Below are positions 14,640-27,840 of a stretch of 64,000 nucleotides of DNA, piece after piece. The stretch lies in NCBI RefSeq assembly GCF_009914755.1, contig NC_060929.1; one strand, given 5' to 3'. The notes beneath the pieces were generated by a model. That model was not told the origin of the DNA and ran no database searches. It saw only the letters and a program-made list of their open reading frames with translations. The translations under genes and the position numbers were made by a program. The stretch's first letter is position 1; the number at the start of each line of letters is the position of its first letter. Origin of the DNA: the human T2T-CHM13v2.0 reference genome, Homo sapiens.

Positions 14640-14960
14640 TTCTTGAGGCTTTTTTGTTTATTTTGTTTTCTTATTTACAACAGTGGGGACAGAATATTTT
14701 TCTCTGTTGATAGAACTGGGAAAATGTAAGATATTGGTAGTAGTGGGTATAGCCTTGAGGAAAAATTTCTCATGCAGAGAACCACAGTAAAGAGAAACCT
14801 AGAGAACCCTGTTTCATCAGAGTCCTGGTTCCTGTTAACTTCAGGCCTTTACCACCACCTTTACTGAGATTGGGAGATGCCAGACAACAAAGACCTCTTT
14901 TCATATGAACTAGATATAACTTACTTTCATTTGTAGTCAAAACAGTATTAATTAAACTAG
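14640..14960 (+). mobile_element. Old MaLR LTR remnant (MLT1K/J-like)
   Basis: agagtcctggttcc, tgagattgggagatgccagacaacaaa, ttcatttgtagtcaaaacagtattaatt; degenerate. Confidence 0.4.
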
Positions 14961-15265
14961 TTAATGGGATCCAAAAAGCCAGTCACACATGGGGTAGAAA
15001 CTGGGGAGGCCTGTAGAGTGGCTTAGTGTGAATTCCTGGCTCACCGCAGTGCTCCTTACTGAATGGCAGAATACTGGCCCTACTTTCACTTGGGAAAAAA
15101 ATGAATTCTAGATAAACAAAAGAAGTGGGCCAATTGAGTTCAGGTTCCTTCCACAAATATTTTGAGCTACTGTTCTGTTTTTCCACGAAGTCCACTGTGT
15201 ATCCCAGTCCTCTCAAAGCTCTATGACTAAGTAAGATTGCATTACGTAGAATTCCTTTTATATTC

Positions 15266-15737
<472 letters not shown>

Positions 15738-17125
15738 TGATTAAGATTCCCATTCCTGGATTTTCTTTCAAATTCCATGATTGTGGAAAAGTTGCTTAGA
15801 TGGACATTAGGTATTGATGAGTGGGCAGTGAGCTGTATCAATCTATAACTATGTTAAAATCCCAGAAAAGTGATCAGCCTATAAACAGCTATCCACATCT
15901 CCAGTTTTACCAGGTGAAAAGAGCTACTGTCAGCTTGGCTTCCTCCTTCTAGAAATAGAGTCATACTTTGGATTTAATATAGTTTTTGGTTATTATGAGA
16001 CTTAAACATGACATTTCTTTGTATTTTCCTCTCTGCCTGTTTCTCTCACACTCTCATATTCTTCTGGTTGTAATTTAGCAGCCCTACATTCCCGACATCA
16101 AATGGAGGTTAAGTACCGTGTTATTTAAACAAGATGAATGTATTTGATAATGACTGAGTAAGGAAAGTGGAGGAGGAATAAAGTAGGGAGGAACAACTCC
16201 CAGCAGCAGGGCGTGAGGAGAAATGTCTCAGCAACACCACATTCATGGATCTGCTCGGTAAAAATACTGCTGACATAACATTATAATTCATCTCCCTAAA
16301 GTTTTATGTTTCCCACTTTGGAAAACAACTATGTCTGGTATATAATTTCACTCTTGTATTATGACATTTGAGAAAGTAGCCAGGACTGGTTAAGTTTAAC
16401 TCCCCCCATGAAGTTATTTTAGATGTCAGTTTCTACAAGTGATTCACAAACGGGCAGATTAGCAGAAACATGTTATTCCAGAATGGTCAGGATTGGGGAG
16501 AGCTAGAGAAAAACACTGACTTTATTCTTTGATGTTTGTGGTGGTGTGAATATTTGTCTTGTATTTGCTTTGGTGATCTCATTGTATGATTTTAGAAGAA
16601 CTATCAACTGATCTATTTTCTCTTTCTTTGAATAAACTTAAAAATGTGACCCAATTGTTTTCAGTCAGAGATAATAAAATAATGGATGTTATCATTGTTT
16701 TGAAATAATCATTTACTGTTGTTACTTTCTTCATGGTGTTCTTGAACTTAGGTTTGAAATAATTAATTAATTTTGATTCCATGATCTCATCTGAATGTGG
16801 CAGAAGGAGAAATGGAATTTGTACTCTGAAAATCTGTGTTCTGCGGTGTTCTTAGCTTAGGTAATGATAAATCCTTGGACTGTGGATGTGTTCAAAATGT
16901 GCCACATTTAGACATCTCTGGTCACTGGCATAAACCTTTAGTTATTGCTTAAATATAGATAAGTGTCTTTCTTTTTTAAAAAGTCATATTGTGTGTAAAG
17001 AATAAAATAAGTATATATATTGAATGGCCTGAGAGCAAAACAAAACACTGAAAAACTTATGAAAGTAGAAAAATGAGTATTCTTATGACTCTATTAAATT
17101 ATATTTTGTAAGATGAAATACTTTG

Positions 17126-17269
17126 ACTACATATTGGGTACAGTATACACTGCTTGGGTGATGGGTGCACCTAAATCTCAGAAATCACCACTAAAGAACT
17201 TATCCATGTAACCAAAAACCACTTCTTGCCCCAAAACTATTGAAATAAAATAAAATAAGACATATAAAT
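17126..17269 (+). mobile_element. 5'-truncated L1PB 3' end
   Basis: attgggtacagtatacactgcttgggtgatgggtgcacc...aaagaacttatccatgtaacc; A-rich tail; TSD aaatactttg 17116-17125 and 17270-17279. Confidence 0.9.
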
Positions 17270-17314
17270 AAATACTTTGCTTTATTTAGTTTATTGGTAA
17301 TATATTAAATAAGG

Positions 17315-17815
17315 TGTGAAAGTTCTGAGATTTTTATCCTCCTTGCAAGCTAACAAGTTATCCTGCCACAGTGTCATGGATGTTGGCAGAAAACATGAGA
17401 CTCTTGGGTCAGAGACAAAGAACCATTTATTAGTCACAGCAATAGCAGTAGCCAGAGTATCAGTGATTGTCCCAGCTGCCTAAGCCCTGATTCCTACAGG
17501 GCTGCACAGCTGATTCCTGGACTCACAGTGGGTTGTGTTACAGGAGAGAAATCTTGAATTCAGGGGACCTGAACCTTTTATAACAGGTAGCCTGCCTAAC
17601 TTTGCCCTGAAGAGAGATGTTACCGTCAATTTACTGGACAGAACCAAACATGCCTTATTTTCTTTGGAGGGAAACACTATATCTATCTTCCAGGGCCTTT
17701 TACTGTATAGACATCCTTGAAAATATAGTCTGGACAAAAGGCAGGCAGTGGCTCTACTCCCAAGATGTGTACAAATAGGGGGAAGCCAAGAAGAATTGTC
17801 TCCCAGTTGATGCAA
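17315..17815. mobile_element. ERVL solo LTR (MER76/MER77-like)
   Basis: tgtgaaagttctgagattt...gcaagctaacaagtta...ggatgttggcaga...gggtcagagacaaag. Confidence 0.65.
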
Positions 17816-18119
17816 TGTATAGAAATGTACGTTTGTTTCTCTGTAATTAAGCTGAACTTAGCTTTGAAATCTCTATTTTTTAAGGTGAAAAAGATATGCT
17901 CATCAAGGCAAATTCAGTCACCTTAAGCTTAAAATGTATTTTCATTTGTTGTAAATTTAAATTAATTTGGGATTCTCATACTGTTTTTTTCTGCATTCCT
18001 CTTAGAAGTAACAATATAGTAGCAAACACTTAAAATAGTACTTATAACCACGATGTAATATAATATTCTAAACCCTTTGCATAAGTTAAGTTAATTTATT
18101 CAATCTTATACGTAGACTG

Positions 18120-18409
<290 letters not shown>

Positions 18410-18567
18410 TTGTAGACTGTGTTTTTATCTCTACTTTATATGTAAAGAATTTGAGGCACAGAGAGGTCACTTTGCCCCAAATTACCAAAGCAGCAGAACT
18501 GAGATTCTAACCAAGAGGACTCTAGAGTAGGTTCTCCTCGCCTAAATGCGACTTCTCTGCTTTCTAA

Positions 18568-18912
<345 letters not shown>

Positions 18913-19189
18913 CTCTATATTATATTTGCATGGAATCCAGATTTAGTCCAGTCCTCTCTTGCTTCCGCTGTGGTATCTTGTCCCATAGCATAGTCTCTGT
19001 CTTTGTCAGTTCAACCGCTGGGCTCTGGGAGACTCTGCTTACTCCCATCTACTTAAAAGCTTCTCTGCAGGGATTTAGAGCTCCATGCCGGCGTGGGGGA
19101 GATAGCTCTGTGATGTCTCCCTTGAGCCCTTCCACCAACACCACCCCTCAGTTACAGCTTTTCCGTTACTTAGAGGCCCTGCCAAAAAC

Positions 19190-19350
19190 ATCGTTTGAAT
19201 CTCAGCTCTGCCACTTGCTAACGTGACATCTCTCTAACAATTTCTACACCTCTGAAGTGGAGACAATGATACTGTATTGCTCAGAGGTAAAGGTTAAATG
19301 AGTTAATTTATACTTGGGAGGTAAAAGTGCTATGTTAAGTGTCTGTTAAT
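19190..19350 (+). mobile_element. MIR remnant
   Basis: tttgaatctcagctctgccacttgcta...ggttaaatgagttaat. Confidence 0.7.
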
Positions 19351-19756
19351 ACATTATTACAACTGAGGGAAATGGGAGGAAAGAGTTTTAGAGTGCGGAA
19401 TTGACAGAAATGTATAACAACTAAAACATGTTTTAGGTTAGATGTGGCTGAGTTTACCTTGACAAGTTTAAATTTTCCACCATAAATATGGAGGCTCCAA
19501 AGTTTGAATCAGTTACAGAGAAATAAAGGAAGTTTCATGTCTGCACACAGGTCTGTGAGTTGTTGTCACTGTGAAGTTTGCTTTGTGGTGTAAAATCTCT
19601 CAACCTCTTTGCTTCTGGTATTCTGGTGTGACCTTAGCATATCTACATTTGTGCAAGGGTTTGATCCATTAAGGGGTCAGGTACAAGACCCTTTCTCATG
19701 CACTTGTTGATATCTGCACTTTTATCACATTCCCTAAAATTCCTCTTTTACCATCT

Positions 19757-19852
19757 ACTAGTTGAATTCTTATTTAATTTCAGGTGGGACTAGTTGAATT
19801 CTTATTTAATTTCAGGTGGGACTAGTTGAATTCTTATTTAATTTCAGGTGGG
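19757..19852 (+). repeat. Perfect 3 x 32-bp tandem repeat
   Basis: ACTAGTTGAATTCTTATTTAATTTCAGGTGGG at 19757, 19789 and 19821. Confidence 0.98.
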
Positions 19853-20200
19853 AAAATGGTAAGTCCTTATGGCATCCCACGTTCTCCCCATTGTGTCAGT
19901 TAAGGTATAAACACTATGAAGTGTTTAAAGTTTTGGTTTTTAATCTTATTTTAAAAACTTTTGGAACTGAGAAAAATCTCTCCCCTCTCAATCACTTGGC
20001 TCTTGGAATTGAATCCTATAGCTTTTCAGACTTTCTCTGCTATGTATTTATACAATATATGCAGCCACTTAATTCACTTCTTTCTTCTGGGCATATGCCC
20101 CCTCTGTGAGGCAACAAATATCACAGACTAAATAGGTGGAGTGCTACCAGCAACAAGTAAGTGGTAGGAAAGAAAAATCTCTAGATATCATCTCAAAATA

Positions 20201-21921
20201 CAGTCGCATGTCACTTGCTTGATGGGGGATACATTCTGAGAAATGCATCATTAGGTAATTTCATTGTTGTGTGCACCCAGAGTGTACTTACACAAACCTT
20301 GATGGAACACCCTACTACGCACCTAGGCTATATGGTATAGTCTGTTGCTCCTAGCCTACAAACCCATACAGCATGTTTCTGTGCTGAACACTCTAGGCAA
20401 TTGTAATGGAATGACATTTGTGTGTCTAAACACATGTAAACATAAACAAGGTAAAGTAAAAATATGGTATAAAAGATAAAAAATGGTTCACCTGTATAGA
20501 GTACTTATGAATAGATATGGCAAGAGGTTGATCTGGATGAGTCAGTGAGTGAGTAATGAGTGAATGTGAAGGCCTAGTACAGGGGTCCACAGTCCCTGGG
20601 TCCATGGCTTATTAAGAACCAGGCTGCACAGCAGGAAATGATGGGCCAGTGAGTGAGTGAAGCTTCATCTGTATTTATAGCCGCTCCCCATTGCTCACAT
20701 TACTGCCTGAGCTCCGCCTCCTGTCAGATCAGTGGCGGCATTAGATTCTCCTAGAAGCGCAAACCCTATTGTGAACTGCAAATGCAAGAGATACAGGCTG
20801 TGCACTCCTTATGAGAATTGAATGCCTGATGATCTGTCAGTGTCTCCCATTACCCCCAGGTGGAACCCTCTAGTTGTAGGAAAACCAGCTCAGGGCTCTC
20901 ACTGACTCTACATTATATGAGTTGTATAATTATTTCGTTATACATTGCAATATAATAATAATAGAAATAAAGTACACAGTACATGTAATGTGCTCGAGTC
21001 ATCCTGAAACCGCCCCCTCACCACAACCTCCACCCCATTTTGTGGAAAAAATTGGAAATTGGTCCTTGGTGCCAAAAATGTTGGGAACTGCTGGCTTAGG
21101 ACATTACTGTATACTATTGTAGATTTTATAAACACTGTACAATTAGGCTACACTAAATTTATACATTTTTTTTCAAGAATACGTTCACCTTAGCTTACTG
21201 TGATTTTTTAATTTTATGGACTCTTAAATTTTTAAAAACTTGTTGAGCCTTTTGTAATAATGCTTAGCTCAAAACACAAACACATTGTACAGCTGTACAA
21301 AAGTATTTTCTTTCTCTATATTCTTATTCTATAAGCTTTTTCTACTTTTGAATTTTTTTTGTTTTTTACTTTTTACTTTTTAAACTCTTTTGTTAAAAAT
21401 AGGGACACCAATGCACATATTAGCCTAGGCCTACACAGAGTCGGGATCATCAATATCACTGTCTTCCACCTCCACATCTTGTCCCACAGGAAGGTCTCCA
21501 GGTGCAGTAACACTCATGGAGTTATTTGTGTTATCATGAATAACTATGCTAACAAGGCCTTCTTTTGGAATACCTCTTGAAGAACTAGCCTGAGGCTGTT
21601 TTCTAGTTGACTGTATTTTTTATAAATAGTATGAAAAATAACAATAAAAAGTATAGTGTAGTCAATACATAAAGCAGTAACAGTAAACCATGCACTGTAC
21701 ATGATTGTATGTGCTATACTTTTATACAACTGGCAGCACAATAGGTTTGTTTATACCAGTATCATCACAAACATGTGAGTAATGTATTGCACTACCGTGT
21801 TAAAATGGCTACCACATCACTAGGCCATAGGAGTTCTCCAGCTTTGTTATAATCCTAAGGGGCCACCATTGTCTTATATGCAGTCCTCCTTGTTAACTGA
21901 AACATTATATGCCCATGATTG
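20201..21921 (+). mobile_element. Tigger3b/GOLEM-derived DNA transposon (interrupted by MER1A)
   Basis: TA|cagtcgcatg...gatacattctgagaaatgcatcattagg start and ...catgattg|TA end. Confidence 0.85.
20580..21093 (+). mobile_element. MER1A (hAT-Charlie3)
   Basis: caggggtcc...ttgggaactgctg termini; 8-bp TSD gcctagta/gcttagga, each one change from gcctagga. Confidence 0.9.
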
Positions 21922-22109
21922 TAAGTCACCTAATTTACATAAGATATTCCAACTTTTAAGAACTTTGGCATGTGTTTTAGAAAACAAGTGTTGGTGATTC
22001 CAACAATTAAAAACTAGTCTTCAGTTTTTATATCCATTTGAACTTGCTAAGTGTAAGAAAATCATGTGATGTTAGTGCTTCCATTTTCTGTCTTATTTTT
22101 CCTTGACAA

Positions 22110-22359
22110 CAGGGCAGAGACTAGGTTGAAGGAAGAGAAGCTGGTTAGGCATTTGCCTTGGGTGCAAAATTTAGAGGGTGTCGAAAATTCAGTGATCAAG
22201 GTAAATCATATTTTAATGCAAGATTTAAGAAAACCCAAAATTAATGCAAAAAACTCATGATGAACAAAATGTCAAAATTTTAAATAAAATCGCATCAGTA
22301 TTCCTGATTCTTCCTTTTGCCTCAGGCTCCAATGTGGCTGGTCTTAGTGTTACTACTGA
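22110..22359 (+). mobile_element. MER96B-like hAT MITE
   Basis: cagggcagagactagg...gccttgggtgcaaaattt...catgatgaacaaaatgtcaaaattttaaataaa. Confidence 0.75.
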
Positions 22360-25300
22360 CCTTGGGGCTCTTTTTTTTCTTCCTTTTGTCAGGCCACTGA
22401 GAGAGTTCTTAATGCATGTGGTGGCAGGATCAGCAGTGAGAAGCCTCCTAATGTTGATATTTGAGTGCATCTAATCCTTTTCTTTCTAGGTATTTCTATG
22501 GCTTGATTAGTTAATATTCTTTGTAACTACTTGAGAAACAAATGTTTCATGGTGTTGTTTTTCTTTTGCTAAAATTGTGTATCTGCTTTGTTCGTTCTCT
22601 TTGTCTTATGAACATTAAGCAATTAAAGATGTTTTCTTATAAGCATTTCTCTCTTTTTCTCACTATTACATAATATGTGTTGGTTTTTGTTTTTTCCTTC
22701 TCTCTGGTAACAGGAAAAAAAATGGCCTACCTTTTAAAAGAGAGTAACATTTTCATAATTTTCTTGCCAAGCTAGAAAAAATAAAACAAACAATTCATTA
22801 CATTTTAATATTGAGAGCCAGTGGGGTAGATAATATATTGGGGACAATCATGTTGACATTACACTATTACTTCAAAACTGAAACTAACCTCAGTGTAAGC
22901 TATAAAAATGGTTTTAAAACTTGAAAATGGTCCACCATTTCTTTCCTGAGCTTGGGTCACCCAAGAGTATTGAGGATGATGTTTGGGGTTGGGTCAGATT
23001 AAGACCAATGAGGCCAGAAATACTGAGACCAGAAAAAAGACTGTCATGATCAACAGGAAATGACATTTCCCCTTCTGTGACTTTGACTCCATGGGCCAAG
23101 CCTGAGAGCATCAGAAGTTGGATTGGGGGAAGGGTAGAGAAAGAGAACCTCTTCACTGGGAGTCACGTTCTTGGTGCAACCCTATTAATCTAAAGGGTCT
23201 CTAACGCCCAGTCTGACAGACAGCTGGGTGCAAGGAGGCTCCTCCCACCTCACAGTTGTCATTACAGCCTTTTTATTCCAGCATCATCAGAGACTGCTTT
23301 TAAGAGCATTTTGATAGATGGCATTTTCTGCAGTGTTAGTAGTGGGAGGAGAATCTATTTGCTGCACAGGCAGTTTTTGTGATTTTTAACAAGACTCCTC
23401 CACCCCCTTCAAACCTGTACAACACAATACACACACTGGCTTGTTACCACTTGCCTTCCCTGGCCTCTGGGATTCCTTTCTCTTTGGCTGCGTTTCTCTA
23501 TCCTTTGCATCTCTCCAAGGCAGAAGTGGCAAAAGCAGTGGGTAAATGGTGAAGGAATACAAGCCTGTGCTGTTTCTGGAACACACTAAGCTGATGTCTG
23601 CTCTTTGGAAGTAGAAATTCCGCCTTAAGAAAAATATTTCACTACAGGGCTCTTTGTCTGTTTTCCAAAGCATACAGAAGTGGATTAACTTGCAGTGTAG
23701 GCACCCAAATGCCTGACATGTAGATGACCCTGACAAAAATGACTACCCGCAGAGTCAGAATATAGAGATGGTCCTCATGATGCCAAGAACAGTGGTTTTT
23801 CCACCGCCTCCGCTAGGGCATACAAAACACATGATTATATTCCCTAAGTTTATATAAAAATTTCTGCATCTTCTAGGTATAACTCCTCCCTCTTTTCTCC
23901 CACTCATGAAAGCATTTCAGAGTATAAGTAATAGAGATTGGTATTTTTTATGAATATATACTTGATCTGGTCAAATTTGTTTTAAAGAAGTAAATCATTC
24001 GCAAAGTTCAGTATTTTCACTATTTGCACACACAAATCTCTTTAGCACATCTTGCAGCTAATTAACTTTATTATGTTGATATATGTTGTCTTAGGTCGTT
24101 CAGAAATAGGAATAGCTACCTAATGAAAAGGGAGGGATGGGTGGTGCATAACAATTGCTGAGAATGGATGAAGCTTTCTATTGGCCTACTTGGAATTCTT
24201 TTGATTTGCAGATGGAACCAAGTGAGTTTTATTCAAGGTAGTAGTGGATTTTCTCTAAGATGCAAAGCACAACAAACAATTACAAATTATCCAAATGAAA
24301 ATTTGTATGACCCTTAGCAAAGGTACTACAAAGGATTTCCAAGAATATTACAAGAAATTCACTGAGAATGACTAGCCTAATCATGTGGTCATCATCCGCT
24401 CAGTATTTTTTTTTTCCAGGAAGAGATTGATACTCGTAGTATGATGCTTGCTAGAGCAATAGGTTGGAAAGGAAATCGTTTCCTTTCCTATATTTTAAGA
24501 ATGTTCTCTTTTGGCAGTACATATCTTAAAAATGATCTTGCTTTCAGACAGCTACAAATATATCATTTAGTGCTTTTTGTATGAATGTGGGGCTGATAGA
24601 TTTAGATACCGGGGATGGATTGCAGGTTTTTCATTACCATAAATCCCATGTCACATCAGCAGCATGATGGAAGCATTTTGATAGATAACATAAACTCATT
24701 AATCACCACTCTCTTAAACTAAGTACCATAGAATTTTAAATGTTCCATATTCCAGCATTTGTGAATGCCTCCCCTTTTAAAAATGTCATCCTTTATTAGT
24801 TCATGCTGTTTAAGATAGCTTGAGTTAACTCCATGAAAAGAGACTGTGTACTAAGGGAAGAAAGGACTGGAAAGGGGGAGGAGGGGAAGGAAAGGAGGCA
24901 AGAAGATTAAATTCTGTCTTAAATCCAAACACGGCTAGATTGCATGCTAGCATTAATGTCCTCGTCCTCTTCCCAGATAATGTTGGCAGACTTCCAGTTT
25001 ATTAAAACAACAATCCAACGCTGATCTTGTCTCTGCATACACGATTCAAGGATGGATCATTTACTCAAACAGAGCTGTTGACTAGGGTAGAAAAGCAAAA
25101 ACGCATTTTAGGAGAGGTTGTTTATGACTGTTGCATAAAGCACTGTACTGTGTGTTTTATACAAGTAGTCCTGATCATTATTAAGTGAAAAGAGAAAGCC
25201 AGATTGTTATTCTAAAAGCAATAAGCACAAGTTTTGTCCAGATATTTAATAATGCTGCTTAAACTTGTGAAACCATACTTGTGTGTTCCTCTTAAAAAAT

Positions 25301-25960
25301 ATTCTTACCTCCCAAACAATGCATTCTGGAATAAATGTGCTCTTATAAAATATTTTTTTCCTCTGAAACGAAATAGTGCATCACAGGATTTATTTCACTG
25401 ATGTATTTTCCTTCTGCATTTAACACTTAGAGTATCTATGAATATTCAACTTTCTTGGCACATATTTAATGATTAAAATGAAGTTTATCTGTTCACACAT
25501 TAATTGCCAATATATGGGTGTTTGTAGAAGAAAAGCTCAGACTTACATCTTGGAGTAAGAATGCTGTTGTATTTCTTAAGGCACATAAAATGGTATAATT
25601 CAACCAGCAATTTTCAGGGTTAAAAGTTCTGCTGAGTATCCAAAGGTCAGTGACAAATGTCAGACAAACAGACTTCACACTAGAAGACTCATCTCAGGCG
25701 GCAGAGCCAGCCTTGGGGAGAACAGCCTGTTAAGTGTGCTTTGTTTCCAGGTAGCATTTTGTAAATCCAAGTCTTTGATAATGACACAGTATATTGAATG
25801 GTGACTGTGACTGAATGGTTGTTGAACTTTGAAGATATGATTCAGCACACCACTGTGAGAACAGAGCACAATAACATTAAACACCAGATGGTATTTCAAA
25901 GCCCATCAGATACACAGATTCCTTTTTCTTCTTAACAAAAGATCGGCAAGGCTTCATGTT

Positions 25961-26020
25961 AAAAAAGAGAAAGAAAGAAAAGAGAAAAGAAAAAGAAAGA
26001 AATAAGGAAAGAAAAAAAAA
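25961..26020 (+). repeat. A/G-rich low-complexity tract
   Basis: ~60 nt that is almost entirely A/G. Confidence 0.9.
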
Positions 26021-26548
26021 GCCCATTAAGATAAATGGGGTGATTTGGTTTTGTCTTGCTTGACTATAATAGGGAAGCCATCTGAATGGGTCAAATTACA
26101 AACTAGACTCCAGATCAAAGGATAACGACTGCAGTGGTGGGTCAAACTCATCTGAACTGTGTCGACCAGATCAGCATGAAATCCTAAACTGTGAGCCAAG
26201 AAAACATGTCTCTCTCAAACTGAGACTTGACCACACCAATTAACTAAAGCATTTGCCTCTTTGCTTCAGAGGAGATCTGAGAGTTTCATTGGTCAGGCCA
26301 ATGTGGACACACAAGAGAGAATGGGATTCCTGTAGCATAGCTTAGACAGTTGAATTCACAAGTAAAATTAAACTGTCCACCAGAAAAGTCACCCAAAAGC
26401 TGCTGCTCCACTAGCGGCTTCTGGGTAAATAAAGTGGTGAATGAAACATGGTTTGTGCACATGTGATGCTAGAGAATACTCACATACGGGAAATCAGAGT
26501 TCCAGTGACTCTGAATGTGGATATGTGGATGATGGTATAGAAGGGCAG

Positions 26549-27531
26549 TGTGATAGTTAATTTTATGTGTCAAACTGGCTGCACCATGGTGCTCAGATAT
26601 TTGGTCAAACATGATTCTAGATGTTTCTGTGAAGGCATTTTTTTGGATGAGATTAAAATTTAAATCTATGTACTTTGAATGAAAAAGATACCCTAAATGT
26701 GGGTGGATCTCATCCAATCAACTGAAAGCTTTAAATGAAACAAAGACTGACCTGAACAAGAAGGAATTCTGCCAGCAGATTGCTTATGGACTTGAACTGC
26801 AATTTTTCCCTGAGCTTCCAGCCTGCTACCTACTCTATTTTGGACCCACCAAGCCTCTGTAATTATGTGAGCCAATTCCTTAAAATAAATCTATCTACCT
26901 CTCTCTCTACATAGATGTATATGTACGTGTACGTATACGTATGTGTACATGTACGTGTACGTGTACGTATGTGTATGTGTACGTGTACGTGTACGTATGT
27001 GTATGTATATGTGTATGTATATGCATGTGTATGTATATGTATATGCATGTATATGTATACGTATATGTATATGTATACATATATGTATATGCATGTATAT
27101 GTATATGTATACATATATGTATATGCATGTCTATGTATACGTATATGTATATGTATACATATATGTATATGCATGTCTATACGTATATGTATATGCATAC
27201 ATATATGTATATGCATGTCTATGTATACATATATGTATATGTATACATATATGCATATGCATGTCTATGTATACATATATGCATATGCATGTATATGTAT
27301 ACGTATACATATATGCATATGCATGTATATGTATACATATATGCATATGCATGTATATGTCTATGTATACATATATGCATATGCATGTCTATGTATACAT
27401 ATATGCATATGCATGTCTATGTATACATATATGCATATGCATGTCTATGTATACATATATGCATATGCATGTCTATGTATACATATATATGCACATATTG
27501 TTGGTTCTGTTTCTCTAGAGGACACTAATAC
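26549..27531 (+). mobile_element. ERVL LTR, MLT2-family, carrying an expanded microsatellite
   Basis: tgtgatagttaattttatgtgtcaa start; gtgagccaattccttaaaataaatct; end ttggttctgtttctctagaggacactaatac. Confidence 0.85.
26912..27496. repeat. Compound alternating purine-pyrimidine micro/minisatellite
   Basis: (TATG/TACG/TACA/TGCA)-type units; four perfect 28-bp units CTATGTATACATATATGCATATGCATGT at 27361-27472. Confidence 0.98.
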
Positions 27532-27654
27532 TGAGAGGTACTTAAAAAAATGAGTGTTCACAACACTTTCGTATTTGAGAAATGAATTAGTTGGGCTTCA
27601 TGGTCTCAGCTGTCTGCTTTAGGGTTAGGGTTCTGGAATAGCTGATTGATTGGA

Positions 27655-27840
27655 GTAGTGTAGTGTAGTGATTAAGGGTTCAAGCTCTGAAAGGAGACAG
27701 ATCTGGGTTGGAATTTTGGCTCTGCTGCCTACTAGCTAAAGCACTTTGCACAAGTTCCTTAAGATTTTTACGTCTCAGTTTCTTTAGTTGTAACATGGAG
27801 CTGTAATACTTACCATCTGGAATTTCTAAAAGGAGGTAGA
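27655..27840 (+). mobile_element. MIR remnant
   Basis: acagatctgggttggaattttggctctgctgcctactagct...tctcagttttc...tgtaacatgg. Confidence 0.75.

Noticed and set aside
19757-19852. CRISPR-like 32-bp repeats
   Set aside because: The repeats are directly adjacent with no spacers, in a primate genome; this is a VNTR.
26863-27553. Long ORFs (up to 212 aa) in several frames
   Set aside because: Artefact of the alternating purine-pyrimidine repeat, which cannot contain YRR stop codons; not a gene.
27618-27631. TTAGGGTTAGGG telomeric hexamers
   Set aside because: Only two units; compatible with chance.
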